Assembly (NCBI GenBank): GCA_002104945.1 | Contig: MCFH01000011.1 | Location: forward strand, 1 to 64,000 | Direction: 5' to 3' | Length of the DNA: 64,000 bases | Origin: Piromyces finnis finn | Lineage: Eukaryota > Fungi > Neocallimastigomycota | In this document: in pieces, positions 61,660 to 64,000 of the stretch | How positions within the stretch are numbered: the stretch's first letter is position 1 | How the letters are laid out: each line of letters starts with the position of its first letter | Notes under the pieces: model-generated | What the model saw: only the letters and a program-made list of their open reading frames with translations | Database searches by the model: none | Told to the model about the DNA's origin: nothing | Made by a program: the position numbers and the translations under genes

Positions 61660-64000
61660 ATGAGTGAAAATAAAAATACATTAACTTTGTTATTTGAATG
61701 GTTTGATAAAGTTGGAATTACATACAGTAAAGAATATCTTGATATTGATTATCATGTTCGTGGTACAGGAGATGGTCTTGGTATTCTTGCATTAAAAGAT
61801 ATTCCAGAAGGAACCGTAGGTTAATATTTAAATCATGCAAACAATTTTAATTCAATATTCAATCAAATTCTCATTATAAAGCTGTGGAAATATATAAATA
61901 AATAGTTTAATTAAATAAATTATTTCATTATTCTCTCAAAGAAAAATAAAAATTGTTTTCACATTTATTAAAAAATTAAAAAATAGAAAATTTCAAAATC
62001 AAAATCGTTTTATAAAGAATAACAAAATAAAATCAAATAGTATTTATAAACTTAATGACAAAATAATAAAAAAATCAACTCTCAGTTTTTAAAATATATA
62101 TATATATTTTTTTTCTTTCTTTTTTTTTTTTTTTTTTAGTAATTTACAAATTTTAAAATTTCTATAATTCAAAAAAAAAAAAATATATATATATATATAT
62201 ATACAAATAAATTATTTTTAAAATTACTAATTTCAAAATTTGAAATCTAATTATTAAAATCTATCTATATATAATATAATAAGAACAAAGCATTTTAACA
62301 TTGTAATATCTATATATTGTTATTTATTTTATATTTTAAAAGTATGTAAAATTCCAAAATCTTCTATTTTATCTGTTAAAACAAGTAGCATAGCAAACAT
62401 TTTAGGTAAATTAAATATAAATATAATTATATATATAGTTATATATTAAATATATAAATATATATTGTTTTATATTAGAAATTATTATAATTAATTCTAT
62501 ATTCAATTATATCAAATAGAGGAACAACTATTAAAGGGTGGAATTGGTCTTGCAGTTGCTGTAATGTATGAAATTGGTATTGGTGAAAAGTCTAAATGGT
62601 ATGGCTATATTCAATCTATTCCAAAAAAGGAGCCATTACCAATGTTTTGGAATGATGACTCTTTCCGTCATTTGGCTGGTACAGAATTAGAAAAGAGCGC
62701 CAGAGAAGATCGTGAACTCTTAGAAGGTGATTTTGAATCAGTTGTTTTACCACTAATTGAAACCTATCCAGACGTTTTCACCAAAGAAATTTGTACTTTA
62801 GAAAACTTTTTAAATGCTTCTTCTTTAGTTTCTTCTCGAGCCTTCCAAGTTGATAATTACCACGGTGATGCAATGGTTCCATTGGCTGATATGTAATTAT
62901 TTTTTTTATAATATTAATATTTATTAATAATAAATGGTTCCAAAAAAAAAAATTTCTAATATATATTCATATAAAAATTTAATATTATAAAAAAAAAAAA
63001 AAATACAATATAACTTCTTTTTATATTAATTCATAGCTTTAATCATAAAACCGGTGCTGAAAATGTTCACTTAGAAACTGAAGGTGATTTATGTGAAATT
63101 TGTGGTAAAATAGAAGAGCTTTGTAGTTGTGATGGTGATAATAATACTGATAATAATGGCCATGACCATGACCATGACCATGAACACGAACACGAACATG
63201 AACATGATGATGAAGATAATAATGAAAATAAAGGAAAAGAAGAAAAATTAAGTCCAGAAGAAGAACAAAAGATTGCTGAAATGATTGATATTCGTATTGT
63301 TAGAGCCTGTAAAAAGGGTGATGAAGTATTTAATACATATGGTGAACATGCTAATGCTTCTTTATTAAATAAATATGGTTTTGCTGAATTAAATAATAAA
63401 TATGATGTTGTTTCAATAGATATTAAAACTATCATGCGTATTATGTGTCCAAATGATCGTAAAAAGCCAAAGATGATTGAAAGAGCTATGTTTTGGTTTG
63501 AAAATAGAATGAAATTTCTTCCACCAGAATTCCATGATCCAAATAATACTGAAAATGATGATGAAATTGAAGATATTAACGATTTCTTCTTTAGATTTGA
63601 AGCCACTACTGAAATTGATCCAGATTTAAGAGGTCTTCTTTTAGTTCAATTAGTTGATGGTGGTCTTTTCCAAAATTGGAAAAAAGACAAAAAAGCTTTC
63701 AACCGTTGGTTAAAATCCCTTCCAACAGAAGAAAAAAAGAGAAAGTTTAATCAACCTTCTTTAAAAGAAAAAATTTGTCAATACGTTTGTCAATTTGCCG
63801 AAGCTAGACTTAAAAATAGTCCAACTACTTTAGAAGAAGATTATGAAGAATTAAAACCAATTGTAATATATTTAATTAAAAGTTTTTTTTTTTTTTAAAG
63901 TATAGAAATTTTAATAATATAATTTTTTTAAATATATATCTATCAATTTTTAGGATGAAGATAAATATAAATTAAAGGAAAAAGTTCCAGAAGATGTTTT
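61660..64000 (+). CDS. SETD6/Rkm-type protein-lysine N-methyltransferase (SET + Rubisco-LSMT-like), 3' end outside window
   Basis: GLGILALKDIPEGTVVCKIPKSSILS, SKWYGYIQSIP, SLVSSRAFQVDNYHGDAMVPLADM|FNH, EVFNTYGEHANASLLNKYGF. Confidence 0.88.

Overview
Extremely AT-rich, intron-rich eukaryotic DNA, most consistent with an anaerobic gut fungus (Neocallimastigomycota). That assignment is an inference from base composition plus the mix of fungal-type genes (Far11/STRIP, Gcn4-type bZIP) and flagellar genes (CFAP418, AK9, KATNAL2). By manual translation and splicing I reconstruct 10 apparently intact protein-coding genes, one probably disrupted gene and one tRNA. In order: an intronless >3005-codon N-anchored coiled-coil ORF running off the left edge (absent from the ORF track); tRNA-Leu(CAG); CFAP418/C8orf37; Far11/STRIP; AK9; an ABCA-type transporter with one nucleotide-binding domain (NBD); a 4-exon 974-aa Cys/Asn-rich protein ending in a Gcn4-type bZIP (split into four ORFs in the track); KATNAL2; an 1885-aa coiled-coil protein; HTATIP2/TIP30; an intronless bacterial-type PI-PLC with a broken 5' end; and a SETD6-like methyltransferase running off the right edge. 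The most unusual locus is the Cys-rich bZIP with its 5.7-kb upstream region, which holds a perfect Gcn4 site, E-boxes and candidate uORFs. No CRISPR array, rRNA or recognisable transposon was seen. All gene names come from remembered family motifs, not database searches.
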